DNA of 49,714 nucleotides from an uncultured Eubacteriales bacterium (GCA_900320995.1 ONUI01000001.1:1-49714); one strand, 5' to 3'; shown: positions 36,672 to 47,298, numbered from the stretch's first letter. Notes: a model not told the origin generated them from the letters alone. A program made the numbers and translations.

Positions 36672-37157
36672 ATGGCACTGCGTAATATCGTAAAAGAGGG
36701 CGACCCGATTCTGACCAAGAAGTGCCGCCCGGTAGAAAAATTCAATCAAAGGATATGGGATCTGCTCGATGATATGGTCGAGACCCTTGCTGATTCCGGC
36801 GGCGTAGGTCTTGCCGCGCCTCAGGTCGGTGTGATGCGCCGTATCTGTGTGATCGACGTCGGTGAAGGTCCGATCGAGTTCATCAATCCCGAGATCATTG
36901 AATCCGAGGGTGAGCAGGAGGTACAGGAAGGCTGTCTGAGCTGCCCCGGCGAATTCGGCATCATCAAGCGTCCCGCCCATGTCAAAGCGCGTTTTCAGGA
37001 CAGAAACGGCGATTTCGTTGAGCTGGAGGGCGATGATCTGCTGGCACAGGCGATGTGCCACGAGTTCGATCACCTCGACGGCATCATCTTCAAATCGAAG
37101 GTGGAGCGGATGCTGACCGAAGAAGAACTGCGTGAAATGAGAGAAGAGGAAGAATGA
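36672..37157 (+). CDS. def: peptide deformylase
   Basis: GVGLAAPQ, EGCLS, HEFDH. Confidence 0.97.
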   Translation: MALRNIVKEGDPILTKKCRPVEKFNQRIWDLLDDMVETLADSGGVGLAAPQVGVMRRICVIDVGEGPIEFINPEIIESEGEQEVQEGCLSCPGEFGIIKRPAHVKARFQDRNGDFVELEGDDLLAQAMCHEFDHLDGIIFKSKVERMLTEEELREMREEEE

Positions 37158-38074
37158 AGATCATATTCATGGGTACGCCCGATTTCGCCGTACCCTGTTT
37201 GGAAAGCCTGATCAACGCGGGACATGAGATCGCGGCGGTGTTCACCCAGCCCGATAAGCCCCGCGGCAGAAAAATGGTGATGACACCTCCCGAGGTGAAG
37301 GTATGCGCGCTCGAGCACGGCTTGACGGTCTGTCAGCCGAAGACCCTGCGTGACGGTGAGGCGTTTGATATCATCCAAAAGATCAACCCCGAGTGTATCG
37401 TGGTCGCGGCATACGGCAAGATCCTGCCCAAGGAGATCCTCGATCTGCCAAAGTACGGCTGTATCAACGTACACGGTTCATTGCTCCCGAAATACCGCGG
37501 CTCGGCGCCGATCCAGTGGTCTGTCATCAACGGCGATACGGAAACCGGCGTGACCATTATGCAGATGGCACAGGGCGTCGATACCGGCGATATGCTGTAT
37601 CAAAAGGCGATCCCGATCAACATCGACGATACCGCCGAGAGTATGTTCAACAAGCTCTCTGATTTAGGCGGCGAGATGATCGCGGAAGCGCTCGATATGC
37701 TCGAAAAAGGTGAGTTGACCGCCGAAAAGCAGGATGAAGCGCTCGCGACACACGCGCCGATGCTCGACAAGTCGATCTCTGAGATCGATTGGCATCAACC
37801 GGCACTCGAGGTGCATAATCTTGTCAGAGGTCTGTACAGCTGGCCGATCGCGCAGACGTCACTGCACGGCAAAAAGCTCAAGATCTACCGTACTTCTTTA
37901 GGGAAAGGAAACGGTGAAGCGGGTTCGGTGATCGCGACCGATCCGCTCACGATCGCTTGCTCCGACGGCGCTGTCGTGATCGAAGAATTACAGCTTGAGG
38001 GCAAAAAGCGCATGGACGCGAAAACATTTTTGATCGGTCATCCGCTCAGCAACAAGGATAAGCTGGGAGAATAA
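37154..38074 (+). CDS. fmt: methionyl-tRNA formyltransferase
   Basis: FMGTPDFA, NVHGSLLPKYRGSAPI. Confidence 0.97.
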   Translation: MKIIFMGTPDFAVPCLESLINAGHEIAAVFTQPDKPRGRKMVMTPPEVKVCALEHGLTVCQPKTLRDGEAFDIIQKINPECIVVAAYGKILPKEILDLPKYGCINVHGSLLPKYRGSAPIQWSVINGDTETGVTIMQMAQGVDTGDMLYQKAIPINIDDTAESMFNKLSDLGGEMIAEALDMLEKGELTAEKQDEALATHAPMLDKSISEIDWHQPALEVHNLVRGLYSWPIAQTSLHGKKLKIYRTSLGKGNGEAGSVIATDPLTIACSDGAVVIEELQLEGKKRMDAKTFLIGHPLSNKDKLGE

Positions 38075-38093
38075 ACAAAAAGGAGAAAGAACG

Positions 38094-38786
38094 ATGGTAT
38101 TTTATAATTTGAACTATCTGATATATATGCTGCCGTGCTTCATTTTGTCGCTGATCTGCAACATCGCGGTCAAATCGAGCTTCAGCAAGTATTCGCAGAT
38201 TGCAAATTCCAGACGCCTCACCGGCGCTCAGGCGGCTCAGCAGGTGTTGTCGGCGCACGGTGTGACCGGTGTTCGTATCGAACCGGTACAGGGCAATCTG
38301 ACGGATCATTTTGATCCGCGCACGAATGTGATCCGTCTCTCCGAATCCGTCTATAACGCCGCTACCGTATCGGCGGTGGGCGTAGCCTGTCATGAAGCGG
38401 GACACGCGGTTCAGCACGCCGAGGGTTATCTGCCCAACAAGATCCGTTCGGCGATCGTCCCGATGGCAAACTTCGGCTCCCGATTGAGCTGGCTCTTTTT
38501 GGTCGTCGGATTACTGCTGCCCGCGAAATACGACTTTGTACTGATTATCGGTATCGTGCTGTTCTCCTTATCGGTACTGTTCACACTGATCACACTGCCG
38601 GTCGAGTTCAACGCGTCAAATCGCGCGCTGAAAACGATCAAAGAAACCAACATGCTCAACCCTGATGAATACAGCGGCGCGAAAAAGGTATTGAGCGCCG
38701 CGGCAATGACCTATGTTGCCGCCGCCGCGACGTCGATCGCACAGCTCCTGCGCCTGCTGATGATCGCGAACAACCGCAGAAGATAA
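38094..38786 (+). CDS. YugP-like membrane zinc metallopeptidase
   Basis: LTDHFDP, HEAGHA, TLPVEFNAS.RA, AAAMTYVA. Confidence 0.9.
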   Translation: MVFYNLNYLIYMLPCFILSLICNIAVKSSFSKYSQIANSRRLTGAQAAQQVLSAHGVTGVRIEPVQGNLTDHFDPRTNVIRLSESVYNAATVSAVGVACHEAGHAVQHAEGYLPNKIRSAIVPMANFGSRLSWLFLVVGLLLPAKYDFVLIIGIVLFSLSVLFTLITLPVEFNASNRALKTIKETNMLNPDEYSGAKKVLSAAAMTYVAAAATSIAQLLRLLMIANNRRR

Positions 38787-38818
38787 AACTACTATCATAT
38801 ATTGCAGAGGAAATAATC

Positions 38819-40153
38819 ATGGCTAATGTCAGATCCATCGCGCATAACGTGCTGTACCGCGTGCTCTATGAGGACGCGTATTCTGCCATTGCCATCAATA
38901 ACGCCGTTCATAAAGAAAACCTCAGCGGCGTTGATGTTTCCTTCTTATCGGCGCTGGTATACGGCGTGTTGGAACGCAAGCTGACGCTGGAGTATATCAT
39001 CCGTCAGTATTCGTCCATCCGTATCAAAAAGATCGAAAAGGGTACGCTGATCGTCCTGTATCTCGGCATGTATCAGCTGATTTATATGGATAAGGTGCCC
39101 GACAGTGCCGCTGTCAACGAGAGCGTTAAGCTCTGCAAACAGCTCAGGCTGTATAAAAGCTCCGGCTTCGTCAACGCGATCCTGCGCAATTTTGTGCGCA
39201 CGGATAAAACGTATCGCTTGCCGGATCAGCAAAACATCGTCAAATATTTCAGCGTGGTCTATTCCTGTCCCGAAAGCATGGTGACGGAGCTGATCGCGAC
39301 GTACGGACAGGATTTGACGGAGAAAGCGCTGCGGGTGATCCTCGGCAGACCGCCGATCACCGTCCGCGTCAATACGCTGAAAACTGATAAATCCACATTG
39401 AAAAGAGAACTGGAAAAGCAAGGCGTGACAGTAGATGATATTTCTTTTTTAGAAAATTCATTGAATCTCAGCGCCGCGGGAAGCATTGACCAGCTCCCGC
39501 CATACAGAGAAGGTCACTTCTTCGTAGAGGACGCGGCGTCACAGTTATGTGCCGAGATCCTCGACGCTCAGCCCGACGAAACGATCGCGGACGTCTGCGC
39601 CGCTCCGGGCGGCAAATCGTTCTACTCCGCGATCCGCATGGAGAACAGGGGAGTGATCTACTCCTATGATATCCATGAGCATAAGACAAAGCTGATGGAG
39701 GACAATGCCCGTCGACTGGGTGTTTCGATCATTCAAACAGCCCTCAGAGACGCGGCGTCAGCCCGGGAACTGCCCGCTTGCGACAGGATCCTGTGCGATG
39801 TTCCGTGCTCCGGATGGGGTATCCTTCGTCGAAAGCCCGAAATTCGTTACAAAACAGACACAAATATTGACAACTTGACAAAGTTGCAATACAGTATATT
39901 GTGTATGAGTATAAAGGATCTACCCTCAGATTGTGTTTTGGTCTATTCGACCTGCACGCTCCGCAAAAAGGAGAACCATGACATCATCAGTCGTTTTCTG
40001 GAGGAGCACCCCGAGTTTGTCGGCGAGCCGATCAAGCTGCCCGATGGGATCGATCACATCATTGAGGAAGAGCCGTATTGCCTGACCCTCTTGCCCGGCG
40101 TTTATGGTACGGACGGATTCTTTATCGCAAAGCTCAGGAGGAGACCGACATGA
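38819..40153 (+). CDS. rsmB: 16S rRNA m5C967 methyltransferase
   Basis: NusB-like N-domain, DVCAAPGGKS, DVPCSG, YSTCT, DGFFIA. Confidence 0.94.
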   Translation: MANVRSIAHNVLYRVLYEDAYSAIAINNAVHKENLSGVDVSFLSALVYGVLERKLTLEYIIRQYSSIRIKKIEKGTLIVLYLGMYQLIYMDKVPDSAAVNESVKLCKQLRLYKSSGFVNAILRNFVRTDKTYRLPDQQNIVKYFSVVYSCPESMVTELIATYGQDLTEKALRVILGRPPITVRVNTLKTDKSTLKRELEKQGVTVDDISFLENSLNLSAAGSIDQLPPYREGHFFVEDAASQLCAEILDAQPDETIADVCAAPGGKSFYSAIRMENRGVIYSYDIHEHKTKLMEDNARRLGVSIIQTALRDAASARELPACDRILCDVPCSGWGILRRKPEIRYKTDTNIDNLTKLQYSILCMSIKDLPSDCVLVYSTCTLRKKENHDIISRFLEEHPEFVGEPIKLPDGIDHIIEEEPYCLTLLPGVYGTDGFFIAKLRRRPT

Positions 40154-41181
40154 CGGATATCAAGTCGATGAATCTCTCTGAGATGACAGCATACCTTGTG
40201 GAGAACGGCTTTGAAAAGTTCCGTTCCAAGCAGGTGCTCAATTGGATCAAACAGGATGTCACATCCTTTGATGATATGAAGAATACTCCGCAAAAGCTGC
40301 GGGACTTTCTGAAAGATGACGCGTATCTTGCCTGCGCCGAGATCGTTCGCGTTCAGCGCTCGAGGCTCGATGACACCGTCAAATACCTGTTCCGTCTTTA
40401 TGACGGCGAGTATGTCGAGGGCGTGTTGATGCACTATCACCACGGCAGGACGATGTGTATCTCCTCGCAGGTCGGCTGTAAGATGGGCTGTACCTTTTGT
40501 GCGACCGGCAAAAGCGGCTTTTCCCGCTCGCTGACCGCGTCCGAGATGATCGCCCAGATCCGCAGTGCCGAGATCGACTGCGGCGAACGCGTTTCCAATG
40601 TCGTTTTGATGGGGATGGGCGAGCCGTTCGACAACTTCGACAACGTCATCCGATTTTTGAAGCTGGTATCCTCTGAGAATTCGCTCCATATCGGTATGCG
40701 GCACATCACGGTGTCTACCTGCGGGATCGTTCCGCGAATGAAGGAGTTCGCGGATCTGGAGCTGCAATGCGGCTTGTCCGTATCGCTCCACGCGCCGAAT
40801 GATACCATGCGTTCGCGCACGATGCCCGTCAACCGCCGATATTCCATCGCCGAGGTGATGGAAGCGTCGCGCTATTATGTCGAAAAGACCAATCGGAGGA
40901 TCACCTTTGAATACGCGCTGATCGACGGCGAGAATGACTCCGACGAAACAGCGAGAGAGCTCGCGAAATTACTCAAAGGCTTGCTCTGTCACGTCAACCT
41001 GATTCCCGTCAACAATGTGACGGGCGCGGGTTACAAAAAAAGCTCACTGCAAAGGCAACAGACCTTTGTTGATATATTGTCCGGCTATGGCGTCAACGCC
41101 ACGGTGCGCCGAACCCTCGGCTCCGACATCGACGCTTCTTGCGGACAACTGAAAAGAAACTTTACGAAAGGGGATGTATGA
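40150..41181 (+). CDS. rlmN: dual-specificity RNA methyltransferase
   Basis: CISSQVGCKMGCTFC, MGMGEP, SLHAP, DIDASCGQL. Confidence 0.95.
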   Translation: MTDIKSMNLSEMTAYLVENGFEKFRSKQVLNWIKQDVTSFDDMKNTPQKLRDFLKDDAYLACAEIVRVQRSRLDDTVKYLFRLYDGEYVEGVLMHYHHGRTMCISSQVGCKMGCTFCATGKSGFSRSLTASEMIAQIRSAEIDCGERVSNVVLMGMGEPFDNFDNVIRFLKLVSSENSLHIGMRHITVSTCGIVPRMKEFADLELQCGLSVSLHAPNDTMRSRTMPVNRRYSIAEVMEASRYYVEKTNRRITFEYALIDGENDSDETARELAKLLKGLLCHVNLIPVNNVTGAGYKKSSLQRQQTFVDILSGYGVNATVRRTLGSDIDASCGQLKRNFTKGDV

Positions 41182-41182
41182 C

Positions 41183-41908
41183 ATGGAAGTTTTCTCTAAA
41201 ACCGATATCGGACTGGTCCGCACGGAAAATCAGGACAGCTCCGCGTATTCCGTCATCTCCTCAGACTGCGCATGGGCAGTTGTATGCGATGGTATGGGCG
41301 GCGCTAACGGAGGCAAAACGGCTTCTTCTGCCGCTGTCAATTACATTTCTGAATTTATCAATCGCGAATTCAAGGAAGATATGGATGACGATGCATTGTA
41401 TGAGATGCTGGTATCCGCTGTTGACGGCGCCAATCTTTGCGTCTATAAGATGTCGATGGAAGACTACGATCTTGCCGGAATGGGCACGACCTGCGATCTG
41501 GTTTTTGTTCGCGGAGAGGTCGCCCATGTCGTTCATGTCGGCGACAGCCGTACTTACTCGATTCGCGACGGTAAAATACTGCAGATCACAGAGGATCATT
41601 CTCTGGTGCAGGAGATGGTTCGCCGCGGTGAGCTGACTCCCGATCAGGCGATGCACCATCCCAACAAGAACCTGATCACTAGAGCGCTCGGTATCTCCCA
41701 TGAAGTCCATATCGATTATATCGAGGCGGAGTTCAGTAAAGGCGACGTCCTGCTGATCTGCTCCGACGGTTTGTCCAACTATGTCAGCAAGGCTGATATG
41801 GTGCGCACCGTCACGGAACAAAAAGGCGAATTACTCATTGATACATTGGTAGAGATTGCGAAACGCCACGGCGGTCATGATAATATCACCGTCACGGTAG
41901 TATACTGA
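41183..41908 (+). CDS. PP2C-type Ser/Thr phosphatase (Stp1/PrpC)
   Basis: R.ENQD, CDGMGG, HVGDSR, CSDGL, GGHDNIT. Confidence 0.95.
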   Translation: MEVFSKTDIGLVRTENQDSSAYSVISSDCAWAVVCDGMGGANGGKTASSAAVNYISEFINREFKEDMDDDALYEMLVSAVDGANLCVYKMSMEDYDLAGMGTTCDLVFVRGEVAHVVHVGDSRTYSIRDGKILQITEDHSLVQEMVRRGELTPDQAMHHPNKNLITRALGISHEVHIDYIEAEFSKGDVLLICSDGLSNYVSKADMVRTVTEQKGELLIDTLVEIAKRHGGHDNITVTVVY

Positions 41909-41925
41909 GGATTGGAGTGAGTCAC

Positions 41926-43971
41926 ATGGATAAATATACCGGTAAGAAGCTCGACGGCAGATATGAGATCCGCGAGTTGATCGGCGTAGGCGGTATGGCA
42001 AATGTATATCACTGCTATGATACGATCGACGCACGTGAAGTTGCGATCAAGATATTAAAAGATGAATTTTTGGACAACGAGGATTTTATCCGCCGATTTA
42101 AGAATGAGAGCAAAGCGATCGCCGTATTGAATCATCCGAACATCGTCCGCGTCTATGACGTCAGCTTCGGCGATATGATTCAATACATCGTTATGGAATA
42201 TATTGACGGCATCACGCTCAAGGAATATATCGATATGCAGAAGGTGCTCGACTGGAAAGAGACCGTGCACCTTACCACCCAGATCTTAAAGGCGCTGCAG
42301 CACGCGCATGAGAACGGCATCGTTCACCGTGATATCAAGCCGCATAACATCATGCTGCTGCAGGACGGCACCATCAAGGTCACGGACTTCGGTATTGCGC
42401 GTTTTTCATCGAACGCGACCCGCACCATGACCGAACAGGCGATCGGTTCCGTCCATTACATCGCTCCCGAGCAGGCGAGAGGTGAAAAGACCGACGGCAA
42501 GACCGATATCTATTCCGTCGGCGTGATGATGTATGAAATGCTCACCGGCACACTGCCCTTTGACGGCGATTCCGCCGTGACTGTTGCGTTGATGCAGCTG
42601 CAGGCAAAGGCGAAGCGTCCGCGTGAGATCAACCCCGATATCCCCGAGGGTCTGGAAGAGATCACCATGAAGGCGATGCAGAAGGATCCGGAGGATCGCT
42701 ATCATTCCGCTGTCGAAATGCTCAGCGATATTGAGCGCTTCCGCCTCAATCCGAGCATTCTGTTCCATTATACTTATCATACCGATCCCGTTCTCCCGGA
42801 GGATGTCCCTGAGGAGGATCCCAAAAAGGATTACGAAGATCCCGAAGCGGACGCGGAGGAAGTCTACTACGATGAGGATGTTCCCGTTCGCAGCCCCGTA
42901 CTCTCCGCAATCAAGGGTATCATCCTGGCGGCAGTCATCGCGCTGGTCGTTTTCGGCGGCGTCGCGGCTTATCAGGGTTATATTTCCGCTCAGCCGAAGG
43001 AGGTTGAGGTTCCCGATTTTACCAATATGTCGCTGAGTGAAGCGAACGCTAAAAATAACGGTAAATTCAACTTCAGCTATATCAGCCGTTACAGCGACGA
43101 TATCCCCGTTGACACTATTATCGAGCAAAGTCCTGCCGGCGGTTCCAAGAAGATGAAGGAGGGCTCGACCATCGAGCTGGTCGTCAACTCCGCGGATACC
43201 TACGTAGCCGTTCCGTATATCAACGGCGCTCTCGGCACGGAACAGATTCAGGCGACTATCGAAAAAGCCAACCTTGTACCTAAGATCCTGTATGTTGAAA
43301 GTGAACAGACTGCTCAGAAGATCGACGGCGTATATCCGCCTACCGGTACACAGGTGAAGATCGGCTCTCCGGTATATGTTTATGTATCGAAGGGCGTTAC
43401 TAAGCAGAAGTTCGTGATGCCCGATATCAAAGGCTATTCTGCCGAAAAGGCGGTCGCCGCGTTGAAAGAGGCAGGCTTCACCAACTACAGTGTAGAATAC
43501 GATGACAGGATCGAAGCCGAAAAGGATGAGGTCGTCAGACAGAATCCGATGCAGGGCAGTGAGGTCGTTTCCGACTACGAGATCACCGTCATCTGTTCGA
43601 AGGGAACGCAGAAAGAAAAGAAGGTCAACATTGAAGTTGATCTGCCTTCTGAGGTCACCACAAGCGTCAACATGAAGGTACTGGTTGACGGCGCGGTCGA
43701 CAGTGAAAATTCAAAGGATGTTGTGCCTTCGTACAGCCCCAAATATAAGATCACGGTCAAGGTCAAGGATGACGCTACCATTGTCGTGCTTTTGGATGAT
43801 CAGCAGTACCGTGAGTATAAGGTCGATTACGCCAACAATTCCGTTTCCTTGGTAAATTCTTATCCGTATACTCCGAAAGAGACTGAGGCTCCCGCTACAC
43901 AGGCTCCCGCTGAGGAAGTTGAAGAAACACCGTCCAATCAAGAGAATCAGAGCGAATTAACGACAGGATGA
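41926..43971 (+). CDS. PASTA-domain Ser/Thr kinase (Stk1/PrkC/PknB)
   Basis: GVGGMA, VAIK, HRDIKPHN, DFG, APE; TM; about 3 PASTA repeats. Confidence 0.95.
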   Translation: MDKYTGKKLDGRYEIRELIGVGGMANVYHCYDTIDAREVAIKILKDEFLDNEDFIRRFKNESKAIAVLNHPNIVRVYDVSFGDMIQYIVMEYIDGITLKEYIDMQKVLDWKETVHLTTQILKALQHAHENGIVHRDIKPHNIMLLQDGTIKVTDFGIARFSSNATRTMTEQAIGSVHYIAPEQARGEKTDGKTDIYSVGVMMYEMLTGTLPFDGDSAVTVALMQLQAKAKRPREINPDIPEGLEEITMKAMQKDPEDRYHSAVEMLSDIERFRLNPSILFHYTYHTDPVLPEDVPEEDPKKDYEDPEADAEEVYYDEDVPVRSPVLSAIKGIILAAVIALVVFGGVAAYQGYISAQPKEVEVPDFTNMSLSEANAKNNGKFNFSYISRYSDDIPVDTIIEQSPAGGSKKMKEGSTIELVVNSADTYVAVPYINGALGTEQIQATIEKANLVPKILYVESEQTAQKIDGVYPPTGTQVKIGSPVYVYVSKGVTKQKFVMPDIKGYSAEKAVAALKEAGFTNYSVEYDDRIEAEKDEVVRQNPMQGSEVVSDYEITVICSKGTQKEKKVNIEVDLPSEVTTSVNMKVLVDGAVDSENSKDVVPSYSPKYKITVKVKDDATIVVLLDDQQYREYKVDYANNSVSLVNSYPYTPKETEAPATQAPAEEVEETPSNQENQSELTTG

Positions 43972-44864
43972 GTATGAATCGGAAAACAGGTATTATTATG
44001 AAAATCACAGGCGGCTTCTATTATGTAGAAGCCGCCGAAAGTGTTTATGAGTGTAAGGCGCGCGGTGTGTTTCGCAAAAGGGGGATGTCACCATTGGTGG
44101 GCGACATCGTTGATATCACGGTGCCCGATGACGGCTATTGCTCCATCGATAAGATCCATGAGCGGCGTAATTCTCTGGTGCGTCCCGCATTGGCGAATCT
44201 GGATAATCTGATGATCATCAGCTCTGTCAAAGAACCGGATGTCAATCTGTATTTGATCGACAAAATGACCGCCGCGGCTGTCAATAAAGAGATCACTCCG
44301 ATCGTTGTTTTCTCTAAAAGCGACTTGGCGCAGACAGACGATCTGGTCGAGATCTATCGCAAGGTCAACATTCCCGCGTTCTCCTTTTCTTCGGTCGATA
44401 ACCAAGGACTGGACGAGATCAAAGCGGTGCTCAAGGACAAGGTGACCGCTTTCTGCGGGAATTCCGGAGTAGGGAAGAGCACACTGCTTAACGCGCTGTT
44501 TCCCGAGCTGTCGCTCCAAACCGGTGAGATCAGTGATAAGCTCGGTCGCGGCAGGCATACGACCCGCACGGTGGAACTGTTCAAAAAGCACGGCGGTTAT
44601 ATCGCCGATACTCCCGGCTTTTCTACCGTGGATATCGAACGATTTGAGCTGATCCGCAAGGATGAACTGAAGTTCGCGTTTCCCGAATTCGATGAATACT
44701 TCGGTACCTGTCAGTTCAATTCCTGCAATCATGTGTGTGAAAAGGGATGTCGGGTGCTCAAAGCCGTCGAAGAGGGGATCATCCCTCAATCTCGCCATGA
44801 CAGTTACGTGAGGATGTATAACGAGGTCAAGGATATCAAGGAATGGCAGATCAATAATAAATAA
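43968..44864 (+). CDS. rsgA: ribosome small subunit-dependent GTPase A
   Basis: GNSGVGKS, RGRHTTR, DTPG, CQF..C.H..E.GC. Confidence 0.96.
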   Translation: MSMNRKTGIIMKITGGFYYVEAAESVYECKARGVFRKRGMSPLVGDIVDITVPDDGYCSIDKIHERRNSLVRPALANLDNLMIISSVKEPDVNLYLIDKMTAAAVNKEITPIVVFSKSDLAQTDDLVEIYRKVNIPAFSFSSVDNQGLDEIKAVLKDKVTAFCGNSGVGKSTLLNALFPELSLQTGEISDKLGRGRHTTRTVELFKKHGGYIADTPGFSTVDIERFELIRKDELKFAFPEFDEYFGTCQFNSCNHVCEKGCRVLKAVEEGIIPQSRHDSYVRMYNEVKDIKEWQINNK

Positions 44865-44872
44865 CAAGAATT

Positions 44873-44897
44873 GGGGCAGTTCGCGGTGAACTGCCCC
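44873..44897. terminator. terminator-like hairpin between convergent genes
   Basis: GGGGCAGTTC/GAACTGCCCC stem; weak T-tracts. Confidence 0.6.
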
Positions 44898-44919
44898 GTA
44901 TTGATTCTATGATATGATA

Positions 44920-47049
44920 TTAGTTCTTTACGATCTCAACATAGAAGCATTCTGAATACCAAGGGTTGTAGCGGTTGATCCTGTACTTCGATGTATCGTA
45001 GCTGAATACATTGGCTGTGTTATTGTATGCGTTTTTTGTAGTGATCCTGACGACGTCAAGCTTGTTGTCGCTTGTATTGCTCGTGATACCGATACGAGAC
45101 GAGGGGTCTATATTATCAAAGATGCGGAAGATACATTTGGATGTTGTGTTCTCGCCGAGGAACGCGTTGGATGCCGTACCGTTGGTGAGTTTGTTGTTGA
45201 TGATGGTCATCTTTCCGCTGATAATGGGATCGCAGGCGGATGTGTCGCCTTTTTGCGCGTATAGACCCGCACCGTTATTGACTGCCGTATTGTCTGTTAT
45301 CTCAACATTTTCCAAAGTAAGGTAGTTCATGGAGTCACACCAGATCGCGCCGCCGTCGCAGCCGGCGCTGTTCCGGTTCAGCTTTGTGTTCGTTACGGTG
45401 AGCGGTACACACATTCCGCCGCCCCTGTAACCGAAGCAGATACCGCCGCCGTTGGAGGTAGCCTTGTTATCGATGATCGTGCAGTTGTTGACCTCGGTGG
45501 TATAATCGCCGAAGATCGCGCCGCCCTTCGCTGCGCTGTTGGATTTGATCGTGCAGTTGTTGATCTTCATCACGCAATCCGTATAGATCGCGCCGCCGTT
45601 TTGTCCGGAGTTGTTCTCAAATACAGAGTTGTTGACCGTGACTCTCGAATCTTTGTTAAACAAAGCGGTGTTTTTGTTGTCGCGGAAGGTAGAATTATCG
45701 ATGGTTCCGTCGGCGTTCATCTCTGTGACGATCGCACTTTTTGCGTTGTTGAGGAAGTCTGAGTTTTTGATTTTCAGATCGACATGATCGGCTCTCAGAC
45801 CGGCGTCGGTCGAATCCTTCACGGTGATGTTATCGAGATTAAGCTTTCCGCCGCTGACGAGCAATCCGCTGATCGCGCCGCGATTTCCTGTGGAATCGAT
45901 CACGCTTAAGGTGGCGTTGTCGGATTTGATATCAAATTTTTGACGTTCGGAATGAATGATCGAATGACCGTTCAGATCGAGGGTTACGGTTTTATCTTTG
46001 ACATACAGCGCTCCGCCGCTGAAGGTGGTACCGTCTTTGTAATAGTAGGTATCCGCGGAGAGGTTATTGCTCTTCCAGTCCTGCATCAGCTTCATGGTAC
46101 CGCCGTTCTTGGAGACAGTTGCCCATGCGTCGCCGAAGGAGAACATATTCTTTGTTTTACCGCCCACGGTCACCTGCGCTACTGTCAGGTTATCGATCGT
46201 CTTCTTGGTGGTTTCATATGACTTGGCGACCGCGGTCGCTTTCTTTGTATACAGCTCCATATTCGCCTTGATCGATGACTGTAAGCTGTCCCTGGTCTCC
46301 TTGGTGATCGAACCGTTGTTATAGTCGTAATCAGCCAGAGAATAGGACGCCATACAGCCGGACATCAGGTTGGTGTAATACAATGCGTACTGCTCAAGTG
46401 TCATATCGTTGAATGCCTGTGCGTCTTTTTTGACCAGATCGGCGTCATTGTTGTTTCCTTCACTTGTTTTGGAAAATTCGAGATACTGATCAAATGAGGG
46501 CATACCCTTTAAGCCTGACTGACCGTCGATGATCAGGTTGCTAAGATCCTTGAAGTCCTTGGTGAAGTCGGAGTTTCCGTTGGTAGCGTTCACGATATTG
46601 ATGTAATCCTGCGCGCAAACTGTATCTTCTTTGAATAACGCGATCTGCGTCATCGCTTCTTCGTTGTAGCCCTTTACGCTTGTCAAAATATCGGAAAAAC
46701 GCTGCAGCTTGTTGATGTTCGACAGTTCCTTGATCTGACTGGACTGTTCGTTATAATGAGAATCTATCTTTTCATTCAGCTCATTGATGAGGTTGACGAT
46801 ATCCTGTGTTGACGGCTCCTTTTCTTTTGTCGCGTCAGCATAGAACGTCTTAAACGCGCCAAACAGTCCGTTGGCTATGATGCCCGCGACAGGATTTGAT
46901 TTGCCGACTAATGAGACCAGAGCGGATGCTCCGCTGAAGAAACCGTCGCTTACCGGCGAGGCAGAAGCGGTGATCGCCATAGTGGAGCCTACCGAGATCA
47001 TTATGATACATGCCAAAATTGTTGCTATAATACGATGGGTTGATTTCAT
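44920..47049 (-). CDS. secreted protein: helical N-domain plus right-handed parallel beta-helix (GGAI repeats)
   Basis: signal peptide ending ASA; repeated N.A..GGAI/GGGI motifs; GGAG RBS before MKSTH. Confidence 0.75.
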   Translation of the reverse strand: MKSTHRIIATILACIIMISVGSTMAITASASPVSDGFFSGASALVSLVGKSNPVAGIIANGLFGAFKTFYADATKEKEPSTQDIVNLINELNEKIDSHYNEQSSQIKELSNINKLQRFSDILTSVKGYNEEAMTQIALFKEDTVCAQDYINIVNATNGNSDFTKDFKDLSNLIIDGQSGLKGMPSFDQYLEFSKTSEGNNNDADLVKKDAQAFNDMTLEQYALYYTNLMSGCMASYSLADYDYNNGSITKETRDSLQSSIKANMELYTKKATAVAKSYETTKKTIDNLTVAQVTVGGKTKNMFSFGDAWATVSKNGGTMKLMQDWKSNNLSADTYYYKDGTTFSGGALYVKDKTVTLDLNGHSIIHSERQKFDIKSDNATLSVIDSTGNRGAISGLLVSGGKLNLDNITVKDSTDAGLRADHVDLKIKNSDFLNNAKSAIVTEMNADGTIDNSTFRDNKNTALFNKDSRVTVNNSVFENNSGQNGGAIYTDCVMKINNCTIKSNSAAKGGAIFGDYTTEVNNCTIIDNKATSNGGGICFGYRGGGMCVPLTVTNTKLNRNSAGCDGGAIWCDSMNYLTLENVEITDNTAVNNGAGLYAQKGDTSACDPIISGKMTIINNKLTNGTASNAFLGENTTSKCIFRIFDNIDPSSRIGITSNTSDNKLDVVRITTKNAYNNTANVFSYDTSKYRINRYNPWYSECFYVEIVKN

Positions 47050-47182
47050 AGTTTCATCTCCTTGTTGATTGATTATGGGGTGCAATCTTTATGTTGCAAT
47101 TACAGCATAACAAACAGACCGTGACAACACATAGACAAAAATGTGAGATTTTTGAAAGTTTTTTGTTTTTATAAAATTATAC

Positions 47183-47211
47183 TTGCAAAACCCATAAAAG
47201 TATGATAATAT
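47183..47211 (+). promoter_or_regulatory. probable tRNA promoter
   Basis: TTGCAA-17 nt-TAATAT with extended TG. Confidence 0.5.
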
Positions 47212-47222
47212 AATACTGCTTT

Positions 47223-47280
<58 letters not shown>

Positions 47281-47298
<18 letters not shown>

